DNA of 64,000 nt from Octopus vulgaris (lineage: Eukaryota), in NCBI GenBank assembly GCA_951406725.2, contig OX597829.1:33232001-33296000 (forward strand), given 5' to 3'. The first letter of the stretch is position 1. Each line of letters begins with the position of its first letter. The notes below the pieces were generated by a model. It ran no database searches. It was not told the DNA's origin and saw only the letters and a program-made list of their open reading frames with translations. This document shows, one piece after another, positions 12,520-26,127 of the stretch. The translations under genes and the position numbers were made by a program.

Positions 12520-12554
12520 TATATATATATATATACACACATACATACATATGT

Positions 12555-12741
12555 GCCGGTGGCACATAATAAGCACCCACTACACTCTCGGAGTGGTTGG
12601 CATTAGGAAGGGCATCCAGCTGTAGAAACACTGCCAGATCAGACTGGAGCCTGGTGCAGCCTCCTGGCTGCCCAGACCCTGGTCGAACCATCCAACCCAT
12701 GCTAGCATGGAAAACGGATGTTAAACGATGATGATGATGAT
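12555..12741 (+). mobile_element. RTE 3' tail copy
   Basis: Same ~190-bp tail followed by (GAT)n. Confidence 0.85.
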
Positions 12742-12769
12742 ATACACACATACATATATATATCTATTA

Positions 12770-13000
12770 TTTTATTCTTTTATTTGTTTCAGTCATTTGA
12801 CTGTGGCCATGCTGGAGTACTGCCTTTTAGTTGAAAAAAATCGACCCCAGGACTTATTCTTTGTAAACCTGGTACTTATTCTATTGGTCTCTTTTGGTCA
12901 ACCACCAAGTTATGGGGATGTAAATACACCAACATCGGTTGCCAAACAATGGTTGGTGGAGACAAACACAGATACAAAGACACACACACACTCACACACT

Positions 13001-13036
<36 letters not shown>

Positions 13037-13210
13037 CACACACACACATGACGGGCTTCTTTCAGTTTTTGTCTACCAAATCCTCTCACAAGGCTTTGGT
13101 TGGCCTGAGGCTATAGTAGAAGACACTTGCCCAAGGTGCCACATAGTAGGCCTGAACCCAGAACCATGTGGTTAGGAAGCAAGCTTCTTATTACACATCC
13201 ATGTCTGTGC
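12770..13210 (-). mobile_element. SINE family B with internal (CA)n
   Basis: Reverse-complement homologue of 56880-57325. Confidence 0.85.
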
Positions 13211-13250
13211 TTAACTCACAGCCAAGCCTGCACCTATGTACTTATAAGTA

Positions 13251-14178
13251 TTGGGTCATTCCATAGATAATCTGGTTTTTTATACTTCTTTTATTTTTCA
13301 AAGTTAAGATAAAGTTCTTTTTTAATCTAAAATATACTCTCCTTCATATTCTACAATGCTCTTCCATCTGTCTGGTAGACTTTCAAGGCCCTTCTTCCAA
13401 AATTCACTTGTCCATGCTGAAAAATACTCCTCCAGAACTGTTCTGACCTCGTCTACAGAATTCATATATTTTCTGTCCAAATGATTTTGAAGACTGCGGA
13501 ATAAATGATAATCAGATGGGCCAATGCCTGGTGAATATGGGGGGGGGGGGGGGGGGGCATTGTTTCCCATTCCAACTGCACCAGCCTTTGGAATGTCATC
13601 CTTGTTGCATGTGGCCGAGCATTATCCTGATGGAAGAACAACTTTCATCTTGAAACCAAATATGGTCGTTTTTCTTCTAGCACAGGTGTTGATGAATAGT
13701 TGAATGACCAAATCGAAGCTTCTCTGTTAGTTCCTCAACAGTTATGATGGGATTTTGTTTCACCAGGGTTTGCAGGATGTCCTCATTGAGCTCTAAAGAT
13801 CTTCCAGGACAAGGTTCATCTTCTAGGCTGTAGTTTCTGGCTTGGAATTTCTGGAACCACTGTTGACACTGGCTTATGCTTATTGTCCAATCCCCATGTA
13901 CTGCATTAATATTCCTCACACTTTCCATTGTGTTGTTGCCTTTATTGAACTCATAAAACAAAATATGCTGAATATGCTCCTTTGTCACTTCCATTATAGC
14001 TTTGAAAAAATAACTGTTAAAATCAAACTGCACTCTTTCAAAACTTGCACTAAGAATAAGTATAAGGTAAAATTACTACCTGACTTTATAGCAAGTTGAT
14101 GCAGTCAGTTTATCCTGTCCCCCTCTGACTTTTAGTACATCCAATTGAAAAAATTGCATTATTTATGGGATGACCCAA
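13251..14178 (-). mobile_element. Internally deleted mariner transposon with TIRs and TA target duplication
   Basis: TA-ttgggtcattccatagataa...ttatttatgggatgacccaa-TA. HTH region MEVTKEHIQHILFYEF...WFQKF; HQDNARPH; PYSPGIGPSDYHLFRSLQ. The first-D region is missing and a poly-G run at about 13539-13557 shifts the frame. Confidence 0.93.
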
Positions 14179-14184
14179 TACTTA

Positions 14185-14495
14185 TTTTTAAAAACCTGGT
14201 ACTTATTTTATTAGTCCTTTGCAGAACAGCTAGGTTACGGAGCTCTAAACAAACCAGCACCAGTTGTCAAGCAGTGGTTGGGGACAAACACATGCACAAA
14301 GACACACACACACATAGATATATGCACATAAATATACAATGAGCTTCTTTCAGTTTCCATCTTTCAAATCCACTCACAAGGCCTTGATCAGCCTGTGCCT
14401 ATAGTAGAAAATACTTGCCCAAGATGGGCACTGTGGGACTGAACTTGAAACTATGTGGTTGGGGAGCAAACTTCTAAGCACACAGCTATGCCTTT
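14185..14495 (-). mobile_element. SINE family B, diverged
   Basis: Homologous to 56880-57325 in reverse orientation. Confidence 0.75.
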
Positions 14496-15569
14496 GCATG
14501 CACGCCCCACCCTCACACATACAGTGGTATATATCCATCATGGTTGATCTTGGTTTTGCATTTGGGGTACAATGGAGTGTTAAGTAACAATCTGATTATA
14601 TAACCCTACACTCATGAGAGGTAGCTGATATGGAATGAGATATGGCAACTGTTCTTTATTGTTGGAGATAGGGGATTCAGTTATGAGTTATGACCCGTGG
14701 TATTGAGACATCACCACTAGGTTGGTTATGCTGTAAGTCTGAAAGAGCTATCATAACTCTTTGTGGGAATTGTGTGTGTGTTTCAGGTTGGTGTTCTTGT
14801 AGAAATGAGATATGTGTAGTGATACTGTATGTATAACATTTTCAGGGGGTGTAGGCATCCATTACTGTGTTTGCTAGTGTGATTTCTTTCTGTATTGGTT
14901 AAGATTGTGGGGGATTTATGTGTGCATGTAGTGTGTGTAGGGGAGTTTATATTGGCGGTGGTGGGAAATGGTCTATTTGGTAGGTGACCGCTGTGCTGGG
15001 ACATGCATATTTGTATGTGGGTATATTAGTGAATGCTCTGGTCAAACTCTTTGCCAGGTTCCAGAGAATTGGTGGAGAGCCAAGGCTGGGGAACTAATGG
15101 TTGCAGTCATGATGGGGCCTGCAGGTATGATAGGATGTACTTCTTTTCATGTGGGCAAGGATTAAGCACTTCACTTCTGCTATTCAAGTAAATGCCTGGC
15201 TGCTGAGTGCTCTTTGAAATCACTCTTTTCTCTGCCGGGCATAACTTGCAATTCCTTCTGGTTACATTTCTCCAGGATCTTCCACTTTATGTTGTACTTG
15301 GTGGGGCTTTTTTTCAAAGACCAAACACGATTGGCCAGGTTGTGGCACTGCATCTCTCCAGGATTTTAAAGGAGGACTTGAGGTTGTCAAAGCAGGTTCT
15401 GAAGGCGCCTTCAGTTGCTCCTACATACTTCCACACATTTGGTCCTATAGCTGTTACCTCTACCTCATATACAATGGTCTCCATGTTACAGTGGCTGTTT
15501 AGTGGACATGTGTTACCCGTATATGAGCATCCTGACTCTGTCTCAGCTGAGGGTCTACTTACTTAAATC

Positions 15570-16590
15570 TTTTTATATTAGGTGCACAACTAAAGGAAAT
15601 TCTTAGGGTACAGCTATTGAATATTTTGTTGAATCTATTTGTATGGGGATAATGCTTATTAACTAAGCTAAAAAGAATCTTACCTACTTGGGTTTTAACA
15701 TTTCAAGAGAAGAGCAGTGTGAACCACAATGCTTTATGGTGTTGCTTTCTCTTGGAGAAGTTAGATTCTGGCATGTAACTAATCTTATCCTTTAAAATGT
15801 TGGCAGCCAGAGCCTCATTGTAGTACAAGGTGGCAGCATCAAAAGTCTCTTTGTTTGACAATAGGTTGGAAATTCTTCTGCTGATGCTCTTTACCTGGTT
15901 CTTGAAAACTTTGGCTGGATGACAGAAACCTGTGTTGATGTATGGTAACTTCTTGTTTGGCTTCCTAAAGGGTCTATAGGTACCAGACTTCAAACCTAGG
16001 GTCACATCAAGAAATCTAGTGGCCTTAGGTTGGTTTCTATAGTGACCTTCAGTCAAAGGGAGTTTATGGTGTTAGTGAGGTCCTTTCTAAGCCTATCTAG
16101 TGTGTGACAGTTTGCTGCTCTTGATATTGCCAGTGTGTCATCCCTGTAGAGGCCAAAGCTACTTGAAGAGAATTTCTTTATGAGTACATCTAGGATGAAG
16201 AGATTGATGAGGTCACACACATCAGCACTATTTAAGGCACTCATTGCCACATTGAAGGAGCCTTCTGGGTCAGTTCATTTGGCCCAGGCCGACCCCTCAC
16301 TGAAAAGTAAGGTTCTGTGTAGGCCCTAGCAAAGTCCAGTGCCTTATAAAGGAGCTCCCTTGATACAGATGGGTAGAAATCCATTCTATTAAATTGGATG
16401 AACTTAGCTCTACTCTTTCCACTATTGGTTTTAAACCAATAGTGGAAGGGTAACACCTCATTGGTGTTATGCCATCGGGCAAGGGATTTCTAATGCTGTT
16501 ACTGATCTTCCTGTCCTATCTCAGGCTTTGGAGGTTTATCAGCCTGTACTTGGGGTTAGAGGAAAAGTGTGGTTTATGATCCTTGTCCTT
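15570..16590 (-). mobile_element. Penelope-like element reverse transcriptase pseudogene
   Basis: NPKYRLIN, FIQFNRMDFYPSVS, SADVCDLINLFIL, FGLYRDDTL, FLDVTLGLKSGTYRPFRKPN...HP; multiple frameshifts. Confidence 0.9.
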
Positions 16591-16730
16591 TGTCTTATTA
16601 TCGAAAGATCCCAGGAGTTCCACAAAGATCGCCACCTCTACACCACCTTTGTCGACCTCAAGGCAGCTTTTGATACAGTTGACCATGCATCTCTCTGGAA
16701 AATTCTCAAGCTTGTCAGTCTGCTTCCCCA
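16590..16730 (+). mobile_element. Short RTE RT fragment
   Basis: ERSQEFHKDRHLYTTFVDLKAAFDTVDHASLWKIL. Confidence 0.75.
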
Positions 16731-16739
16731 AGAAAAGTT

Positions 16740-17070
16740 TTTATAGAGGTTACAGCTATTTCATAATCCACTCAGAATTACATAATCAATAAATAAAGAA
16801 TTACACACACATAAAAGTGTATATATATATATATACACACAGACACATGATGATGTCCAGAAGAGAGAAGACTACATCTTCAAACCGCTTTAGGAAGGAT
16901 GCCTTCAAGAGTCTTTCAGGCATCCTTCCTAAAGTGGTTTGAAGATGTAGTCTTTTCTCTTTTCTGTACATCATGTGACTATATGCAGATTTATGTATTG
17001 TCTGTAATTTATATATATTGAACTTTATGATGTAATTCTGAGTGGCTTATGAAACAACTGCATCTATTAA
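16740..17070. repeat. Foldback with a near-perfect core hairpin (16859-16904 / 16918-16964) and diverged outer arms holding decayed hammerhead-like GAAA(T/C)-AGCT/AACT-G(T/C)A motifs
   Basis: agactacatcttcaaaccgctttaggaaggatgcct / aggcatccttcctaaagtggtttgaagatgtagtct. Confidence 0.8.
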
Positions 17071-17233
17071 AGTATTAAAACTCTTCTTGTCTCTCCTTGT
17101 TTTATTTGATTATAATATATATATATATATATCAGTAACAATAAAGGGTGAAATTAATTAATTTGGAATAATTATTAATTACACCAAGTAGATTTCGGCA
17201 TGTAAAAGCCTCATTTGAGGAAAATTTAAGTAA

Positions 17234-17741
17234 TACTAAGCAATTAAGGGTTTAGCAACGAATTGCCTCACCACACACCGAATTTAGAAATAGCAGTCAA
17301 AGATTTATAGCTATTCTTTCTACTAAAAGGGAGATCTCAGTAAAAACACAGCACTTGAAAGGCAAACACAGACAGGTAAGAGAGAATGAAATGACGGCAA
17401 TCTATCATACAATTTTAAGTCACCTACGTACGATGCATCGTTTCGTCTATTCTTTAATGGTAAATCAACCTGATTAAATTAAATCAAGCTAATCTTCCAT
17501 AGGCCAGTAGATTCATCAGTAAAGTCAGCCAGATCGGGGCAGATATTTTCACGATGCATTAAAATTGTATGATAGATTGCCGTCATTTCATTCTCTCTTA
17601 CCTGTCTGTGTTTGCCTTTCAAGTGCTGTGTTTTTACTGAGATCTCCCTTTTAGTAGAAAGAATAGCTATAAATCTTTGACTGCTATTTCTAAATTCGGT
17701 GTGTGGTGAGGCAATTCGTTGCTAAACCCTTAATTGCTTAG

Positions 17742-17743
<2 letters not shown>
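17234..17743. repeat. Perfect 185-bp inverted repeat (17234-17418 / 17559-17743) with a 140-bp spacer; Penelope-like pLTR foldback
   Basis: Base-by-base comparison by eye shows no mismatch; (TA)n tracts lie nearby on both sides. Confidence 0.92.
17420..17526 (-). ncRNA. Type I hammerhead ribozyme-like motif with a long helix II and palindromic helix III
   Basis: Minus strand reads CTGATGA (plus 17513-17519), a ~68-nt hairpin (agattagcttgatt/aatcaggttgattt with G.U pairs), then GAAAC-GATGCATC-GTA. Helix I is imperfect. Confidence 0.6.
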
Positions 17744-17779
<36 letters not shown>

Positions 17780-17949
17780 TATATACATACATACACGCAT
17801 AGATGTGTATACATACGTCTTTAATTTCTTTTAAAGCCAAAACAATGTGACTCCAAAGAAATAATACAAGTCAAAGGTTTGTACTTCCCCATGTATTTCA
17901 ATATTGCAAAGTTAGAAACCCTTCAGGAAATTTTCAAAGATATGGTGTT

Positions 17950-18700
17950 GTGACCTGACTTCCCCGTTCTGTAGTGTTTGTATATGAATGGTTGCTTTTC
18001 ATGAGCAGAATAAGTGTTGCTATAGCAGCCAAGTTCTGCTCTTAATATGCAAATTGGTCTTGCTAATTATGATGGCTTCTTTTATTCTCAGGTTTCCAAG
18101 GTTTCATTCTGGCTTCAATGGAAACCTGGGTGTATTGCATGAGGCATTTCCATGCTTCTTGATGAGAAAACCATTAGCATAGAGGTGTTCTTTAATCCAG
18201 ATATGTACTTGTCTGATGTAAACTTCATTATATTTGCTACATATGATTTATACACCATATAATTTATACACTGACATCTATTTTCATTGTTCATTGGGAA
18301 ATTGGCAATCTACATATAACATTGTTAGGTGATAGCCCACTTTTTGTTAGGACCTTCTTCAGGATAAGTCCAGAATGTTACCTAGCAGATTTTAGTTGTT
18401 TTTTTCCAATAAAATGTGGAAGTTTTTGAAAAGCACATTAATTTTTGATGTTAGTTGGTTTAGTGATGTCCTAGCATTTGGTGAAAGAGTTTCAATAGTC
18501 ACTTTCCATAAGGACTTTTCAAAATTGTATAGTGTTGGTCTTTTAGTTTCCTGTCTTGCTGCATTTACTACTAAGAATAAACTGCTATTCCTGGCTTTTC
18601 TTTTTTTGATTTGGAGAAAGCATTTGACAAGAGTAATACATTCAGTAATTTGATGGGCACTGAGGAAACTAGGTATAGGGCTTGTAGTCCTAATGTTATT
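17950..18700 (-). mobile_element. Highly decayed Penelope-like (GIY-YIG-type) remnant
   Basis: Fragments VYKLY...EVYIRQ...WIKEHL...KEAIII on the minus strand. Confidence 0.5.
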
Positions 18701-19123
18701 TCATAGAAATTTATACTTGTCATCTATGTAAGAGGTATCTAAATCTTTCTTACAGCCATATGCATCCCAACTGCAGGATCTTATAGTTTCCCCATCTTCC
18801 AATTCTGTATCTGTCTATTTCTGACTCTGGAGTCACTAACCATTAATCTATGTTGTGTGGTACATTCTCTGCCTGGAAAGTTTATGATACTTATAATAGC
18901 CCTGCTGTTCCCTGACATGTGTATTCACCAGAATGGTAGGTGATGAGGTAGTTGGATGGTTTCTTAAAGCAGATGTTGCAAATTGTTAGATCATTGCATC
19001 ACAGAACTCTAGAAGCCTAACATCTTCTTCAATTCCTAGTCTTTCCCTCTCAGTCACATGGGTTATGTAGGTTTAATAATATTGCATTTCTAAGCTTTTG
19101 CCACTTTCATTTGAAATCACACA

Positions 19124-19967
19124 TATAAGGTGCAAGGTCTGAGACATTTTTTGGGAGAGGTAGTTATAACAGTCTGAGATTATTGTAATATCATTATCAT
19201 ACATCTAATAAGTTAAACCTGCCAACTTTTTTATTATTATTATTATTATTATTCTTGATTGAAGGAGACAGCTGCAACAGCACTTTGAAATACCCTATTA
19301 AACACTGCTTGTCACAGCTGACTAGTTTTGCAGAATACAGTTGGGATGTAAAGGCAATTTGGTAACTTGCTATGCAATAAATTTTTGTTAAACTGGGCGA
19401 AAACACTATAGAAACTTATGAAATGTTCCATCTGTTTTCCACTGGTGCTAGCAGTTCAAGGACAGTAAAGAGGAAATGAGAGATGATGAGGAAAATGGAT
19501 ATCAGAACATCAGAGCCAGTTGAGAAAATTTACAATTTCCTGGATGACGATTGTTGTGGGTCTTTATAGACAATAGGCATACAGTTTGGAGTTGGTGTGG
19601 CAACTATACATAGAATTATTCAAGAAGATATGAACATGTGCAAATTTTGTGCTACAGAAGGAAAGATGTGTTGATGACAGCAGGGAGGTGTTTCAGTTTA
19701 TTACCTCCACTCCATGAGTACTTGAGTCTCTGGTAAACTGTGATGAAAGTTGGATCTACAGTTATGATCCAGAGTGCCCAGTGGAAGCATCCTTGCTCCC
19801 CAAGGAAGCTGTGACAAGGTCCTTTACACCTTTATGAAGTGGCTGGAGTGCTACAAGTGTATTGAAGTCAGGGGATCCTACTTTGAAGGAGATTAGAATT
19901 TTGTACTACTTTGAAATCAATAACATGCTCTCGAAAAAGTTCCCAAACTTCTGGAACGAACTTTGTA
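19124..19967 (+). mobile_element. Decayed, internally deleted mariner element
   Basis: FVKLGENTIETYEM, CDESWIYSYDPE and KCIEVRGSYFEGD fragments; weak TIR remnants. Confidence 0.75.
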
Positions 19968-20946
19968 CCTATGCTTGGATATAGATGTATTTTACACATA
20001 TATGTGTATAAAACCCATGTGTCTGAGGGGAAAAAATGAAAGTGCATTATTGACTGTCAACATTACACACCATTTACACACAAACAGAAACACAAATATA
20101 CAGATTTCTTTCAATTACACACAGGATCATATTTTTGAAAACTGTTTTATTAAAAAACTTGTATCGGTACTTATATTCACTGACACCAGGAATGTGCCAC
20201 AGCAAAGTTGACCTCATTGTGATTTCGATTCAGAATAAAAATATGCTGTAAATAAAAACTAAATAAACTACATAAAAAAGTAAGATATAATAAAATAATA
20301 ATAATAATAAAGTGTTTTGAGGAAACCATTTGTGGTTTGTGTTGGCAAAAAGTATTCAGTGAACTTCATAAGCTGTGGGGAAGAGCTCATAGACAAATAG
20401 CTAAAACTGAAACATTAAGATTCTCAGCCTGCCTGCGACATACAAAACATATCCAAATTAAGTAACTTCACATTCTTTCCAACAAGTTGCCAATATTCTG
20501 GCAGAATCTAAATTATATTGATAAATAATATTAACTGTTCATATAATTTATTTATGGTAATAAAATAATATCTTTCTATTTGGTTCTTAAAGTAAATAAA
20601 TCAAATAGAAAGGAATTAATAGATTTTGCTAATAATATTTCATTCATTGCTATTCTTTAGCAAATCTAAACATTTTAATGAGGATTACCGCATTTCAAAG
20701 GGACAAATTTCTTGAAGAAATATAATGAAATTACTTCAAATAATCATTATCACCTGTCTTTTTTCTATCTCAAACAGTTTGACATTAGTTTGTTTGTAAG
20801 AGAGAGGAGGAGAGAGAAAGAGAGAGGGAATGAGAGAGAAAGGGAGGGAGGGAGAGAGAAAGAGAGAGCATATTTTAAATATGAAAAGTGAGTATTAGAT
20901 TTAACTGCTTAAGTGGGTACAGACCAATCAGAAGGTTAAGAGTGTG

Positions 20947-20982
<36 letters not shown>

Positions 20983-21102
20983 CATACATACATATCTAAA
21001 AGTGTGTGTATATATGTATATATATATATACACACACATACACACATATATACATACGTGTGTATGTGTATATATATATATACATATATACACACACTTT
21101 TA

Positions 21103-21141
<39 letters not shown>

Positions 21142-21539
21142 CATATCTAAAAGTGTGTGTATATATGTATATATATATATACACACACACATACACATGT
21201 ATACATATATATATAAATGTAAGTATATATACATATACAAATGCATTCATGCAAATATATATGCACATACACACACACACACACACACAAATATTAACAT
21301 ATTGCACACACACACAAATATTAACATATTACACACATTTATATATGTACACACACACATATTGGTTGAATCTCACTAATCCAGGATTTATTAGTCGGGC
21401 AGTCACTAGTTTACATGGTGGCCAGTTGGCCAATTGTAGCTTCCAATCTTGTTTAATCTCTGCCACAAGTAAGTTACTGTAGTTTATGCTGCTATAGAGA
21501 TAGAAATATTACCAATCAGTACTGATATTTTATCCTTAA

Positions 21540-21757
21540 CCCTTTTGTTACTCTATTTCTGTCAACATATGCTACCATTGTTTCGATTAATTCTTAAAAT
21601 AGTGAAGAATTTAATAAAATAACTTCCTCATTATTAAGCTGGGGTCTTGAAAAAATTAGCATAAAATTTTGATGGAAGATTATAATTTAGATGACTTTAA
21701 AACAGTAGGTTTGTCATAGAACCTGAGACAGTCTCAGGCAGGTTGGTATCAAAAGGG
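21540..21757. mobile_element. piggyBac-like MITE
   Basis: TTAA-CCCTTTTG...CAAAAGGG-TTAA. Confidence 0.8.
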
Positions 21758-22964
21758 TTAAATATGCCTCCTAAGTGAACAGTTAGCAGTGAAGGTGGTT
21801 GTAATGTAGAAAAACATAAGCAGGTGACAAAAGGTGTAGATTCAGTGAGAGTTTATGTGATATTAAGAAACAACAGCAGAAAATAATGAAACCATTTTTC
21901 TGGCATTAAAACAAAAGTTATCCAAAACATTAATAGACTGTAAGTAAAAACAAGTGGAAAGGGCTCTTGTTTAGTGATAGCAACACTTTCTTGACAATGG
22001 TGGGAGTATTTCGGGAGAAAATGGTCAGCGACCAGGCTAAAATATTTCACAAGCAAATAAATACTGAAGAGCACTTTTGATATTCAAAATGGCTAGCTTC
22101 ACCGGTTTAAGTTAATGCACAGTATCAGTCAACATTGTGTGTGTGTGTGTGTGTGTGTGTGTCTATGTGAGATGAATAAAAAAAGTGCAGATGAAACTAC
22201 TGCTTTAGTAAACACTGTTAGAAAATTTACTGGCCAGTGAAAATTTATTGCCAGAGCCTAAATGTATGAAGCAACAAACATTTTTAACAAGACATGTTTT
22301 GGAAAATAACCAACAAAATACCCAGCAACACTGTTAGCAGTATCCACAATCCTCTTCCCAGCACCTCTTCAGTTTCAGACATCACAGATGATGATCCAGA
22401 TATCCCACACGATAAACGAGATGCAGATATAAAAGATATTACTCAACATCAATTTAAATCATGTACAGAAGCATATACATACACATTATGGGAGTTAAGG
22501 TAAATAACTGATTAATCTGTCATCAATTTACATGTTTTACAGGTAACAATAGGCATATTTTCCTTAGTTTTTTTTTCCAACTAACTATACTTTCTTTTGT
22601 ATCACAGAGCAGTAAACTTTATTATAAAAGTTCATTAAGTCTGAACTAAGTTTATGCTTTAAGAAGTTCTGTCAGTATTAGTACTATAGAAGTATTTGCC
22701 CGTATACTGCTATTTTATCTCTAGTTTCACTAGTTTGGAAAATCTGTTATCCTGACACCTGTCTGATCCTAAGCTTGCTGGATAGGTAAGGTTCAACCTC
22801 TATCTCTATACATACACACGCACACACACTCATACACATCTATATAGTGATGTTGTAACTATACACATACACACACACATAATAATGCTATATTTGGGGG
22901 ACATTTTGTCAAAAAACATATGCATTAGTTGGCTTCCATTTCAGTTTTATTATTATTAGCTGTA

Positions 22965-23300
22965 TCTTTTACATGTATTAGTCATTAGATTGTGGCCATT
23001 CTAGGGCACTGCTTTGAAAAATTTTCAGTCAAATTAATCAACCCCAGTACATATTTTTTTAAGCCTGGCACTTATTCTATTGGTCTTTTGCTCAAGTTAC
23101 AGGGATGTAAACACACCAACACCGGTTGTCAAGCAGTACTGGAGGACATACACACACACACACACATGATGGGCTTCTTTCAGTTTACAAGGCTTTGGTC
23201 AACTTGAGGCTATAATAGAAGACACTTGCCCAAGGTGACACACAGTAGGACTGAACCTGGAGCCATGCGGTTGGGAAGCAAGCTTCTTATCACACAGCCT
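22965..23300 (-). mobile_element. SINE family B
   Basis: Reverse homologue of 56880-57325. Confidence 0.8.
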
Positions 23301-23304
23301 ATAT

Positions 23305-23660
23305 ATTTCGTCATAGTTCTTTTGTTATACATTGTGACTATTTCAAGACTATTTGTTGTTCTTCTGTGTATCCTCTTCTTTCTGGCCTTATTCTATTTAC
23401 TCCATCTTGCCTTTCTGTGGTATATGTACATATATAAAGCAAATAAGGTCAGAAAGGAGAAACAGAGAAGAACAAATAGTCACAGAATGCGTCATGAAAA
23501 AACTTTGACAAAATATACAATAACTAATGATAATAAAACTAAATTGAAGGCCAAATAGTGCATGTGTTTTTTTGGTAAAAATGATCATCTCATCCCAATA
23601 TAACAATATCTGTTTCAGCACATGATTTCACATCAAGAATCTTGCAAAACAAAAAAGAAA
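23305..23660. mobile_element. Older copy of the 6133-6830 foldback module (inverted arms about 23305-23393 / 23441-23512)
   Basis: Shares atagtgc(a/g)tgtgttttt...aatataacaatatctgtttca with 6718-6820 and has the same inverted layout. Confidence 0.65.
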
Positions 23661-23680
23661 TACAAAATTGTGTGTGTGTG

Positions 23681-23726
<46 letters not shown>

Positions 23727-23763
23727 TGTGTGTGTGTGTGTGTATGTATACACACACATGTTT

Positions 23764-23846
23764 GAGGGTCTGATGAAGCTGTGAGGTGTTACTCAGGCAC
23801 TCAACTATGAGTCCACTGCATCTTATAGCTGAAACAGCTGTAAGCT
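23764..23846 (+). ncRNA. Type I hammerhead ribozyme-like motif between microsatellites
   Basis: CTGATGA (23770-23776), AGCTGTGAGGTG...CATCTTATAGCT (12-bp helix II), then GAAAC-AGCT-GTA (23831-23842). Helix I is weak. Confidence 0.6.
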
Positions 23847-23896
23847 AATGAAGTTCATAAGATAATCATTTATTCCTTTGTCATCTCTTTTTTCTT

Positions 23897-24480
<584 letters not shown>

Positions 24481-24880
24481 CATACTTATACAAATATATA
24501 CACATACATTTACATAGACATATACACATGTACATACACATGTGCAAACACACATGCGCATGCACGCACACACAAATATACATATTATATTCAAATATTA
24601 AATATATCATTTATAAATATTGTGTATACATACATATATATATATATGTTCATATGAAAATAATTGAAAAAAAAAAATCCAAGTAATTATTAAGAAATTA
24701 AAGGATGACAATGCACATGAAAATCAAAAAACAAAACAAAAACACAACTGGTGTAAAGCGCAAACCTAAAGAAGAAAAACAAAGTTCACAACCACATTTG
24801 GATGCTTTCAAAAAAGCAGAATGATTTCTCTCTCTTTATCATGCAAGAAAGAATATGTGTGTGTGTGTGTGTGTGCGTGC

Positions 24881-24915
<35 letters not shown>

Positions 24916-24933
24916 TGTGTGTGCATGTATGTA

Positions 24934-24981
<48 letters not shown>

Positions 24982-25955
24982 CTTTTAGCTTTTTATTTCT
25001 ATTTTACAATTCATACAATGTTAGATTTATACAATGTGTGTGTAGAAATATGTAGGGATGTGTTTGTGTGTGTATCTGTGTACATTTATATGTGTGTGTG
25101 TGCGTGTGTGTGTGTGTGTGTATGTATATATGTATGCATGTATGAAATGTTTAATTTTTCAAACACTTACTTAGATTATATAAAAAACACCTAGTTATGT
25201 TTATTGTTTAAGAATTCTGTTTGTGTTTCTGAACATATGCATGTATTTGCATGTGTGAATATGTGTGAAAACAAATATACAAATATGAACATTTAAAAAA
25301 ATATATAAATATAATTAGCATATTTTATCCATTTGAGAGATAAATTTATTTTCTGTTAGATGAGAAAAATTTAGTTTTCTCTTCTGTTAACCCACAAATA
25401 TCAACATAAACACACCACAAACACAAGTAAAAAAATTCCATCGCTTAAAAAACCCAATGAAAGAAGAAAATTAACTACATGCCACTTTGTTTTTTAAGAA
25501 AGTATCTGTATATTTGGATGTAGATGTGATGGAGGTGGTGGTGTTTAAAATTTACCTTTATTATATTAAATTTCTGTTTATACTGCACACTTTCACGAGT
25601 TTTACTTGTGTGTATACATATATACAAACGAGCAATAAAAAGACAAACTTTTGTGATCATATAGAGTAATCTGTGAATCAATCTTATAGCATCCGGTGTC
25701 AAACGTACATGCATATTCACACACACGCACACATGCATACACGCACACACACAAAAGAACATTTATAAATATAGATATACAAATTACTTGAAAGTTTCTG
25801 TGTGCCTGTGTGTCTGAAAGATCATATAGTAAGTGTGTACAGATAAATATGCTGTGTAATGTGTGGGTGTGTGAGTGTATCTATGTGTGTCTGTATGTGT
25901 ATACAAATGTGATTGAGAGATTGAGTGAATGAAAGAAAGTGGTTTCATTGAGGAA

Positions 25956-26127
25956 TTAATCACATTTGGTTACAAAACTGCCAGGGAAAAGACCATTTTT
26001 TCCTGTTCGGTGATGTGCTCCTTTGTACCATCCATTCTCCCACTTTTTGTACACCATTACAATATCTCCAATTTTCAGTTCTAGTTCCATTTCTCCTTGT
26101 GGTGGATAAGGAGCAATGCAACGGTAT
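25956..26127 (-). CDS. SH3RF1: SH3RF1/POSH last coding exon (SH3-4 and stop)
   Basis: ag|A then [56 protein letters not shown]. Confidence 0.95.

Noticed and set aside
20311-21468. Scattered plus-strand exon-like segments (20313-20465, 20779-20796, 21385-21468)
   Set aside because: No recognisable protein similarity and no consistent phase chain; compatible with chance in AT-rich DNA.
23348-23558. Transmembrane-like terminal exon (LFVVLLCILFFLALFY...)
   Set aside because: It is built from the inverted arms of the foldback repeat family also seen at 6133-6830; the hydrophobicity comes from T-rich repeat sequence.
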